Source: Mobula hypostoma
Lineage: Eukaryota
DNA: 64,000 nucleotides
Reading direction: 5' to 3'
NCBI RefSeq assembly: GCF_963921235.1
Contig: NC_086109.1
Span: forward strand, 2,046,001-2,110,000
Positions 49,083 to 60,251 of this stretch are shown here, one piece after another. Within the stretch, counting starts at the first letter, position 1; each line of letters starts with the position of its first letter. The notes under the pieces were generated by a model. The model was not told the DNA's origin and did not search any database. It saw only the letters and a program-made list of their open reading frames with translations. The translations under genes were made by a program, and so were the position numbers.

Positions 49083-49101
49083 CCGCCACTAGAGGGCGCT
49101 G
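49083..49101 (+). promoter_or_regulatory. CTCF-binding motif
   Basis: CCGCCACTAGAGGGCGCTG, close to the CTCF consensus; binding not shown. Confidence 0.65.
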
Positions 49102-49544
49102 TTCAGTTTTCTGCTAATGCTTCACATATCTTGAATCTCCATGAAATGTACTTTAATTCAATTAAACTTATTACTGTACATACTTTTTTTTCAGTCGGTT
49201 CACTTCAGTTAATGCAAAGACTTGGTCTTTAGACATTTTACCGTCTCCCCATATTGTTTTTGTATTTTGTATTTGTTTTCTTTCTACACTTCTTCGGTGA
49301 ACTTTTCCGTTTGCTCTGTTAAATTACATATTCAATTTTCCAACTCAACACGTATATGTTTCTTCAACCGTAATAAGACCGCTGCCTGCAAAAGTCCATC
49401 CAGATTTCCTCTTTCGGTCAGGCAAACGCCGAATTTTACTCCTTGTCACTTTAATATGATCTAGCTGTCACATTTCATTAGATGCAATGTTGATAGTATA
49501 TTTTATCCGAATTTCTTTATATTTATTGTGACATTTTAATATTT

Positions 49545-51345
49545 TGTTCAGGTTGAGTGAACTCGGACTTTTCTCCTTGGAGCGACGGAGGATGAGAGGT
49601 GACCTGGTAAGAGGTGTATCAGATGATGAGAGACATTGACCATATGGATAGTCAAAGGCTTTTCCCCAGGGCTGAAATGGTTGCCACAAGAGGACACAGG
49701 TTTAAGGTGCTGGGGAGTCGGTACAGAGGAGATATCAGGGGTAAGTTTTTTACTCAAAGAGTGGTGAGTGCGTGGAATGGGCCGCCAGCAGCGGTGGGGG
49801 AGGCAGATACGATAGGGTCATTTAAGAGACTTTTGCATAGGTACAAGGAGCTTAGAAAAACAGAGGGCTATGGATAAACCTAGTAATTTCTAAGGTCGGG
49901 ACATGTTCGACACAACTTTGTGGGCCGAAGGGCCTGTATTGTGCTGTAGGTTTTCTATGTTTCTGTTTCTTGGTTGTTGATCAATGAGTCTTACTTCAGT
50001 GGTTGGTAAGCTGACGGAGAAGATCCTGAGAGGCAGGATTTATGAACATTTGGGGAGGTATAATATGATTAGGAATGGTCAACATGGCTTTGTCAAAGGC
50101 AGATCATGCCTTACGAGCCTGATATAATTTTTTGAGGATGTGACAAGCATATTGATGAAGGTAGAGCAGTAGATGTAGTGTATATGGATTTCAGTGAGGC
50201 ATTTGATAAGGTACCCTATGCAAGGCTTATTCAGAAAGTAAGGAAGCTTGGGATGCAAGGGGACCTTGCTTTGTGGATCCAGAAATGGCTTGCCCACAGA
50301 AGGCAAAGAGTGGTTGTAGACGGGTCATATTCTGCATGGAGGCTGGTCATCAGTGGTGTGCCTCAGGGATCTGTTCTGGAACCCTTACTCTTTCTTACTT
50401 TTATAAATTACCTGGATGAAGAAGAGGGGGATGGGTTAGTAAATTTGCTGATGACACAAAGATTGGGGGTGTTGTGGATAGTGTGGAGGGCTGTCAGAGG
50501 TTACAACGGGACATCGATAGGATGCAAAACTGGCCTGAGAAATGGCAGATGCAGTTCAACCTAGATAAGTGTGAGGTGGTTCATTTCGGTGGGTCAAATA
50601 TGATGGCAGAATATAGCATTAATGACAAAACTCTTGGTAGTGTGGAGGATCAGAGGGATCTTGTGGTCCGAGTGCATAGGACACTCACAGCTGCTCCGCA
50701 GCTTGACTCTGTGGTTAAGAAGGCATACGGTACATTGGACTTCATCAATCGTGGGATTGAATTTAGAGGCTGAGAGGTAATGTTGCAGCTATATAGGAAC
50801 TTGGTTCGACTCCACTTGGAGTACTGTGCTCAGTTCTGGTTGCCTCACTACAGGAAAGATGTGGAAACCATAGAAAGGGTGCAGGGGAGATTTAAAAGGA
50901 TATTGCCAGGATTGGGGAGCGTGCGTTATGAGAATAGTTTGAGTGAATTTGGCCTTTTCTCCTTGGAGTGATGGAGGATGAGAGGTGACCCGATAGAGGT
51001 GTACAAGATAATGAGAGGCATTGATCGTGTGGATTGTCAGAGGCTTTTTCCCAGGGCTGAAATGGTTAGCACGAGAGGGCATAGTTTTAGGGTGCTTGGA
51101 AGTAGGTACAGAGGAGATGTCAGGGATAAGATTTTACGCAGAGAGTGGTGAGTGCGTGGAATGGGCTGCCGGCGGTGGTGGAGATGGAAACGATAGGGTC
51201 TTTTAAGAGACTCCTGGATGGATACATGGAGCTTAGAAAAACAGAGTATGGGTAACCCTAGATAGTTCTAAGGTAAGGACATGTTTGGCACAGCTTTGTG
51301 GGTCGAAGAGCCTGTATTGTGCTGTAGGTTTTCTATGTTTCTATG
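49545..51345 (+). mobile_element. Two head-to-tail CR1 3' fragments (same family as 598-3533)
   Basis: Both end gcctgtattgtgctgtaggttttctatgtttct (~49965 and ~51345); RT pieces 50178-50971. Confidence 0.85.
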
Positions 51346-51349
51346 TATG

Positions 51350-51870
51350 AACTCAAACCTCAGTCATCCGTTCCGACATGACAACTGGAGTTTCAGTTCC
51401 CCCGTTGTCTGTAGTGTAGCCTCTACTGCCAAGGATGAAGCCACACGCAGGTCGGAGGAGCAACATTTTGATATTCTGTCTGGGTATCCTTCAATCAGAT
51501 GCATGAATATCGGTTTTTCCAATGCAGTAATTGCCGCCTCCTCCTCTCCTTCACTACTCCCCATTCTTGTTTCCCTCTCACACCTTCTCATCCAACCTGC
51601 AGATCATCATTAGATTGCAAACTTCTCCAGCCCTTTATCTCTTTCAGCAATCACCTTCCCAGCTCTTCCTCACTACACCCGCTCCCCTTCCCCTTCCAGT
51701 TTCACCTTTCACCTCTCCCCACCTTCTTATTCTAAATTTTGCCCTTCTGTGCAATACCGATGAAGGGCTGGGCCCGTAACGTCGACTGTTTACACTTTTC
51801 TATAGATGCTGAGTTCTGTCAGCATTTTGTGTGCTGCTTTGGATCTCCAGTATCTGCAAGTTTTCCCGTG
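51350..51870 (+). mobile_element. Penelope-like 3' fragment with a decayed hammerhead motif
   Basis: AKDEATRRSEEQH resembles the GIY-YIG C-terminus at 26903; ccgatgaagggctgggcccgtaacgtcgac at ~51757-51786. Confidence 0.7.
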
Positions 51871-52299
51871 TTTCTCTTGTTTTGAAGATTCCCTTAACTC
51901 TGTCCTGCGTAACACAGTAAACAAGCCGATAGTCTTTCCTTCAACACACATTTCCTGAGTATACACAGGAGCTGCAGTATTACAGTAAGGAAAATTACTG
52001 TACAGAAATACGCATTGTGTTTCTAAAAAGGCAACACCCCCCTTCCCAATAATATATGCATATATGCATATATACATATATATATATTGTGTTTAAGAGA
52101 GGCAGCGGTTCTCGTCTACGTCTCCCACTAACATGGGCATAACAATATTAGTTTAATTCCTCCGTTACTTTATTATTCCCCTGCCTTCGCTCAGTTATTT
52201 TCCGCCTGTTGACAGATGAAGAATGTAACAGTCTGGGTGGGGGTGGAGGGATTGTGGGGAAGGCCCGGTCTGAGAGGAACGGGTGCGCCCACAGACCAG

Positions 52300-52697
52300 A
52301 GGAAGGGTGTCCCGGCATTACACACTCTTCCCCGGACCCCTTCACCCGCGAAGACGGCAAACCGAAGAGTCGGCGTCAGCTCCACGGTGTCGCTTTGCGG
52401 CCACCGTCACCGTCACATCAGCGAACCGGTCCGGCGGCTCCTGATCCGTCCGGTCAGCGGCGTGTTGCGCTGCCTCCAGCCGACCCAATCAGGGAGTGCG
52501 GTATTCCAGCAGCCAATCAGTAAACACGGCAGCCAGGCGACGGACAATCAGATGTGCGGTAATTACGGTGTTCAATTGGATTGTTCCGCTACCACTTCGG
52601 CCAATCCTAGAGCGCTGGTCCATGGGCTGTCCAATCAGATCACAGAACGCCATGAGCTAACGTTCGCCGCTGCGCGTCTCAGATCCACGAGGGAGAC
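52300..52697. promoter_or_regulatory. CpG-rich promoter with phased CCAAT (NF-Y) boxes, direction unresolved
   Basis: CCAAT at 52485, 52513, 52601 and 52631, ACAAT at 52544, ATTGG at 52575; spacing 26-31 bp; high CpG density in non-repeat DNA. Confidence 0.7.
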
Positions 52698-53912
52698 AGA
52701 AACATAGAAAATAGGTGCAGGAGTAGGCCATTCGGCCCTTCGAGCCTGCACCGCCATTTATTATGATCATGGCTGATCATCCAACTCAGAACCCAGCCTT
52801 CCCTCCATACCCCCTGACCCCTGTAGCCACAAGGGCCATATCTAACTTCCTTTTAAACATAGCTAATGAACTGGCCTCAACAGTTTCCTGTGGCAGAGAA
52901 TTCCACAGATTCACCACTCTCTGTGTGAAGAAGTTTTTCCTAATCTCGGTCCTAAAAGGCTTCCCCTTTATCCTCAAACTGTGACCCCTCGTTCTGGACC
53001 TCCCCAACATCGGGAACAATCTTCCCGCATCTAGCCTTTCCAATCCCTTTAGGATCTTATACGTTTCAATCAGATCCCCTCTCAATCTTCTAAATTCCAA
53101 CGAGTACAAGCCCAGTTCATCCAGTCTTTCTTCATATGAAAGACCTGCCATCCCAGGAATCAATCTGGTGAACCTTCTTTGTACTCCCTCTATGGCAAAG
53201 ATGTCTTTCCTCAGATTAGGGGACCAAAACTGCACACAATACTCCAGGTGTGGTCTCACCAAGGCCTTGTACAACTGCAATAGTACCTCCCTGCTCCTGT
53301 ACTCGAATCCTCTCGCTATAAATGCCAGCATACCATTCGCCTTTTTCACCGCCTGCTGTACCTGCATGCCCACTTTCAATGACTGGTGTATAATGACACC
53401 CAGGTCTCGTTGCACCTCCCCTTTTCCTAATCGGCCACCATTCAGATAATAATCTGTTTTCCTATTTTTGCCACCAAAGTGGATAACTTCACATTTATCC
53501 ACATTAAATTGCATCTGCCATGAGTTTGCCCACTCACTCAACCTATCCAAGTCACCCTGCATCCTCTTAGCATCCTCCTCACTGCTAACACTGCCACCCT
53601 GCTTCGTGTCATCCGCAAACTTGGAGATGCTGCATTTAATTCCCTCATCCAAGTCATTAATATATATTGTAAACAACTGGGGTCCCAGCACTGAGCCTTG
53701 CGGTACCCCACTAGTCACCGCCTGCCATTCTGAAAAGGTCCCGTTTATTCCCACTCTTTGCTTCCTGTCTGCTAACCAATTCTCCACCCACACCAATACC
53801 TTACCCCCAATACCATGTGCTTTAAGTTTGCACACTAATCTCCTGTGTGGGACCTTGTCAAAAGCCTTTTGAAAATCCAAATATACCACATCCACTGGTT
53901 CTCCTCTATCCA
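52698..53912 (-). mobile_element. Young CR1 copy 3, 5'-truncated, 3' tail intact
   Basis: ORF 52786-54030 contains the same RT C-terminus as the other copies; agaaacatagaaa tail at 52698. Confidence 0.95.
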
Positions 53913-54219
53913 TGGGGAGCGAGGAGTTGAGGGCACCACAGGGAGTGAAATGGGGGAAGGAAAGTGGAAGCAATGGAACAGGGTGAGAGAAGGAGGACAA
54001 CACAGGACAACGGGTGCTGCTGTGGGTCAATATCTGTCCTCAGTCTCTCCTCCCCAACCCTGAAGTCACCCAGTAATCTCAGCCGCCTCTCAGGGGTGGG
54101 GGTGGGAGGCAGGGAGTGCCATATGGGTGTTGGTCAGTGAAAGGGTGGGATGTGAGGAGCTTCACAGAGCGTCAGAGTTCAGTGTTCAATTCCAGTGTCC
54201 TTCCCGTGGATCCCAACCA

Positions 54220-54660
54220 TCTCCCTGTAATCCCCTCCAGACCCTACACCCACTCATCTCTCCGCGACCTCTTCCAGCCCCTACACCCACCCATCTCTCT
54301 GCAACCCCCTCCAGCCCCTACACCCATTCATCTTTCTGTAACACCTTCTGGCCCCTATACCTATAACCCCCTGTAACCCCCTCCAGACCCTACACTCACC
54401 CGTTTCTCTGCCACCTCTCACAACACACTGGAGGAATCTTCTCTTCAACCTCTTTCTGCCCCTACACCCATCCATCTCCCTGTAATCCCTTCCGGCCCTG
54501 TACCCATCTTATCTCTTGGTCATACCCTATGGCCCCAACACCCATCACGTCTCTGTGAAACCCCTTCTGGCTCCTATACCTATCCACCTCTCTGTAAAAA
54601 CCCCTACAGGCCTTCCACCCATCCATCTCTCTAACACCCTCTGGCCCTGCACCCATCCAT
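54220..54660. repeat. Degenerate ~35-bp minisatellite
   Basis: Recurring cccctacacccatccatctctctgtaa-like units. Confidence 0.65.
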
Positions 54661-55299
54661 ATCCGAGTAAACCTGCTGCAGCCCAACAAACTCCAACAAC
54701 AGAATGGTCTGGGAAAATATTGTATAAGAATTTATTATAAAGTAGACAATCTCAAGCAGTAAATATAAAGCAATTGTACAAGCTGGAAATCTCTAGGAAA
54801 ATCAGGAACTGCTGGAAGCCTGAGGCAAGTCAGGCAGCACCTGTGGAGAGAGACGTGTGTGACCTGAAACATTAACTCTCCACAGATGCTGGCCAAGCTA
54901 TTAAATTTGACAGTGCACAGATAAAAAATGTGCCCTCTGCCCAATACCTCATCACCAGTCTCTCGGGCTGAAAGACTGAGCGTGATTTCACTGGTGAAAC
55001 CTTCACTGGTTCATGTTGGCAGGGAGCACACAATATTAACAATAAACCTCTTGCAGTGTGTGGCCGTCCACAGCCCCAGAATCTTGGGAGAGGCTTCACA
55101 GGATCCTCCACAACATCCGACATCCTGGGTTTTGCCCAGGCTCCACCCTCGGCTCCAACCTCTGGGACTGTCCTTCAGGATGTCAATGGTTAATCAGGCA
55201 ATGAGAATTGGAAGGGATGTCCCGGGAGGGGTTGTGGGATGGGGAACAGGAAGTTACAGTGTGGGGCTGCAGTACATTGTGAAGCTCAGGGTGACTGAT

Positions 55300-56638
55300 C
55301 AGCTGGGGATGACAAGTTTATCAAAGGGAAAACAGCTAACTGAAGGTGTTATATTTGAATGCACGCTGCATGCAAAATAAGATAGACGGTCTTGTAGCAT
55401 AGGTAGAGATTGACAGGTATGATGTTGTGGGCATCACTGAGTCATAACTGAAAGAAAGTTATTGTTAGGAGCTTAACATCCATGGACACAGATTGTATTG
55501 AAATGACAGGCAGGTAGGCAGAGGGTGAAGCATGGCCCTGTTGATAAAAAATAAATCATATCCTTGGAAAGAGGTGACATAGGATTGCAAGATCATTGGA
55601 TAATTAGGAGACAAAATGTAGGAATACAGTGAACATTTTTGATTGGCTGCAGCTGGCAAATTGTGTTCCACAGGTAGTGATGTTGGGACTTACTCTTTTC
55701 ACGTTGTATATCAATGATTTGGATGATGGAAATGATGGCTTTGTGGGCAAGTTTGTGGATGATATGAAGGTAGTTAGAGGGGCAGATAGTGTTGCAGAGG
55801 CAGAGGGGCTGCAGAAAGACGGACAGATGAGGAGACCGGGCAAAGAAGTGCCAGATGGAACATCGTGTCGGGAACTAAATGGTCATGCACTTTGGGAGGA
55901 GGAATAAAACAGTAGACTATTTTCTAAATGGGGAGAAAATTCATAAATGCAAAGTGCAAAGGGAATACAACTACAAACAAGAGTAACTCTGCAGATGCTG
56001 GAGATCCAAGCAACTCATCTATGGAAACGAGTACAATTGATGTTTCAGGCCAAAACCCTAGAGACATGCGATTCCTTGTGCAGGATTCTCTAAAGGTTAA
56101 CTAGCAGTTTAAGTTAGTGGTGAGGAAGGCATCTGCAATGTTAACATTGATTTTCAGAGAACTAGAAAATAAAAACAAGGATGTAAAGCTGAGGCTGGTT
56201 TGCCTCATTTCCAGTATCGTCAACAGTTGGAGGCACTTTTCTATGAAAAGATGTGCTGACATTGGAGAGGGTTCAGAGGAGGCTCAGAAAATGTTTCTGG
56301 ACTTGAGAGTCTTATCATATGAACAGCATTCGATAGCTCTGGACTAGTACCACTGAAATTTGGAAGAATGAGGGAGGACCTCATTCTAACCTATTGAATG
56401 TTGAAGGTACTAGATAGACTGGATGTGGAGAGGATGTTTCTGATTGTGGGAGAGTACAGGACTAGAGGTCACAATGTCAGAATAGAGAGATGTCTATTTG
56501 AAAAGGAGATGAGGAGGAATTTCTTTAGCCAGAGGGTATTCCATCTGTGGAATTTGTTACCACTGGTGGCTTTGGAGGCCAGATCACTGAGTGTATTTAA
56601 GACTGAGGTTGATGGATTCTTGATAAATCAGGGCATGG
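55300..56638 (+). mobile_element. Old CR1 debris with an embedded Penelope terminal fragment
   Basis: LFTLYINDLDDG..GKFVDD; 3' region continues at ~58862 after CR1 copy 4. Confidence 0.7.
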
Positions 56639-58860
56639 AAGGTTCTGAACTTAAAGAGGGGTAACTTTGAAGGTATGAGACGTGAATTAGCTAAGATAGA
56701 CTGGCAAATGACACTTAAAGGATTGACGGTGGATATGCAATGGCAGGCATTTAAAGGTTGCATGGATGAACTACAACAATTGTTCATCCCAGTTTGGCAA
56801 AAGAATAAATCAAGGAAGGTAGTGCACCCGTGGCTGACAAGAGAAATTAGGGATAGTATCAATTCCAAAGAAGTAGCATACAAATTAGCCAGAGAAAGTG
56901 GCTCACCTGAGGACTGGGAGAAATTCAGAGTTCAGCAGAGGAGGACAAAGGGCTTAATTAGGAAGGCGAAAAAAGATTATGAGAGAAAATTGGCGGGGAA
57001 CATAAAAACGGACTGTAAAAGCTTTTATAGATATGTAAAAAGGAAAAGACTGGTAAAGACAAATGTAGGTCCCCTGCAGACAGAAACAGGTGAATTGATT
57101 ATGGGGAGCAAGGACATGGCAGACCAATTGAATAATTACTTTGGTTCTGTCTTCACTAAGGAGGACATAAATAATCTTCCAGAAATAGTAAGGGACAGAG
57201 GGTTCAGTGAGATGGAGGAACTGAGTGAAATACATGTTAGTAGGGAAGTCGTGTTAGGTAAATTGAAGGGATTGAAGGCAGATAAATCCCCAGGGCCAGA
57301 TGGTCTGCATCCTAGAGTGCTTAAGGAAGTAGCCCAAGAAATAGTGGATGCATTAGTGATAATTTTTCAAAACTCGTTAGATTCTGGACTAGTTCCTGAG
57401 GATTGGAGGGTGGCTAATGTAACCCCACTTTTTAAAAAAGGAGGGAGAGAGAAACCGGGGAATTATAGACCGGTTAGCCTAACGTTGGCGGTGGGGAAAC
57501 TGCTGGAGTCAGTTATCAAGGATGTGATAACAGCACATTTGGAAAGCGGTGAAATCATCGGACAAAGTCAGCATGGATTTGTGAAAGGAAAATCATGTCT
57601 GATGAATCTCAGAATTTTTTGAGGATGTAACTAGTAGAGTGGATAGGGGAGAACCAGTGGATGTGGTATATTTGGATTTTCAAAAGGATTTTGACAAGGT
57701 CCCACACAGGAGATTAGTGTGCAAACTTAAAGCACACGGTATTGGGGGTAAGGTATTGGTGTGGGTGGAGAATTGGTTAGCAGACAGGAAGCAAAGAGTG
57801 GGAATAAACGGTACCTTTTCAGAATGGCAGGCGGTGACTAGTGGGGTACCGCAAGGCTCAGTGCTGGGACCCCAGTTGTTTACAATATATATTAATGACT
57901 TGGATGAGGGAATTAAATGCAGCATCTCCAAGTTTGCGGATGACACGAAGCTGGGTGGCAGTGTTAGCAGTGAGGAGGATGCTGAGAGGATGCAGGGTGA
58001 CTTGGATAGGTTGGGTGAGTGGGCAAACTCATGGCAGATGCAATTTAATGTGGATAAATGTGAAGTTATCCACTTTGGTGGCAAAAATAGGAAAACAGAT
58101 TATTATCTGAATGGTGGCCGATTAGGAAAAGGGGAGGTGCAACGAGACCTGGGTGTCATTATACACCAGTCATTGAAAGTGGGCATGCAGGTACAGCAGG
58201 CGGTGAAAAAGGCGAATGGTATGCTGGCATTTATAGCGAGAGGATTCGAGTACAGGAGCTGGGAGGTACTACTGCAGTTGTACAAGGCCTTGGTGAGACC
58301 ACACCTGGAGTATTGTGTGCAGTTTTGGTCCCCTAATCTGAGGAAAGACATCCTTGCCATAGAGAGAGTACAAAGAAGGTTCACCAGATTGATTCCTGGG
58401 ATGGCAGGACTTTCATATGAAGAAAGACTGGATGAACTGGGCTTGTACTCGTTGGAATTTAGAAGATTGAGGGGGGATCTGATTGAAACGTATAAGATCC
58501 TAAAGGGATTGGACAGGCTAGATGCAGGAAGATTGTTCCCGATGTTGGGGAAGTCCAGAACGAGGGGTCACAGTTTGAGGATAGAGGGGAAGCCTTTTAG
58601 GACCGAAATTAGGAAAAACTTCTTCACACAGAGAGTGGTGAATCTGTGGAATTCTCTGCCACAGGAAACTGTTGAGGCCAGTTCATTGGCTATGTTTAAG
58701 AGGGAGTTAGATATGGCCCTTGTGGCTACAGGGGTCAGGGGGTATGGAGGGAAGGCTGGGGCGGGGTTCTGAGTTGGATGATCAGCCATGATCATAATAA
58801 ACAGCGGTGCAGGCTCGAAGGGCCGAATGGCCTACTCCTGCACCTATTTTCTATGTTTCT
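56639..58860 (+). mobile_element. Young CR1 copy 4, 2.2 kb, 3' tail intact
   Basis: ORFs 56675-57622 and 57639-58772 separated by one 2-nt deletion; inserted into an older CR1 3' end. Confidence 0.95.
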
Positions 58861-60251
58861 ATTATGTGGAGAAGGCAGAAGAATGGGATTGAGAGGCAAA
58901 TGGACCAACCTTGATCAAATATTGGAGCTGACTTGATGGGCTGAATGGCCTAATTCTGCACCAATGTCTTGTGGTCTGATGGACTTTACCCAGGTAGGTT
59001 AGAGGAAGAGAAAAAAGGTGAGAACATGAACGGAGTATTCTGTGATGACAGAGTGTGGGGACTACCTGGAGATGTGTGGGGATGCTGGGGAATGATGTAG
59101 GCACAGGGCTTTGGGTGGGGACACAGGAGAGGATACTGAGAGAGGGCAAGAAAGTGGTAGATTCTGAGGATAAGAGTCAGGAGGAAAGGTGGGCAGTGTT
59201 GGATCTGAGCAGCAGGGAGGAAAAGGAGGGAGAGTCAGGTGGACGAGTAGTGGACATGGGCCTGTGTGCAGTAGAAAGGATCCCAGATCCGGGAGTGGGG
59301 TTACCAGCTTTCACTGCAGAACCCACAGTATATAAGGCAATTTGGGATTGTTGAACAAAGGCAAGGGTTCTAGTAGAGGGGAGGACCACCCCCTACACAC
59401 ACCCTCTGTGCTTGTGGAGCCAGGAGGGGCTGGCCATCATTTCCCAGTGATTGGGTTTGGAGAGGTGCTCGCTGTCCCGATGGAGAGGGTATCTGTGAGC
59501 TGGGTTCTATTCCGAGGCATTGGTTGCAGCCTTCTTCTCATGATTCTTCAAAGCCTGGCCCTCCCCTTGGCCTGTGGGATAGAGAGCAGAGTTCAGGGCT
59601 TCCAGTCGTGATACTGATACCTGGCCTTCCCTCCACAGAATCTCCCAGTGACCCTCAACCTAAGATATGTTCATCTGGTCCCTACTCATCCTCTGCAATG
59701 TCACCTCCACTGTCACAAATCACAACACCCTGACTCCCTTCCTCATTCCCATCTCCACTGACATGTCCCATAAACTTCACTTTAGTTGCTCTGCTTCTAT
59801 CTCTCACACTGGTCAATATCCTACAAAACATCACACCCACACAAGTCAAAGTCTCCCCACCTCATCTCACAATTGGGTGTGTGGAGGACAGTAAATCCCA
59901 GTGAGTGGGTGTGTAGGGAATATTGTACACCAGTAACCAGTTATGAGGGGTACAGGGTCCTCCAGTAACCCAGTACTCCAACCAAGACCTCAACGGTGGA
60001 ACAGGCAGACGAAGTTACTTCGAACTGAACGGCTGTGAAGGCGGATGAAGGCTGCAACAAATCCATCAGCTCCAGTCGTCGTGGTTTCCATGCCATTGGA
60101 ATTAGTTGGTTGATTTGTGAAGTATCGTGTGCTTCTTGGAGTGCAACACCAAGTACACGTTAAACAAATACACGCACAGGCGTCTTCACTCTTTACAGAA
60201 CGAAGACCATCATCCTCGACCTTGAGAGATAGTGACGACGACGAAGAACCA

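Noticed and set aside
35701-58772. Host reverse-transcriptase genes (349, 414, 377 aa ORFs)
   Set aside because: All are 5'-truncated copies of one CR1 family.
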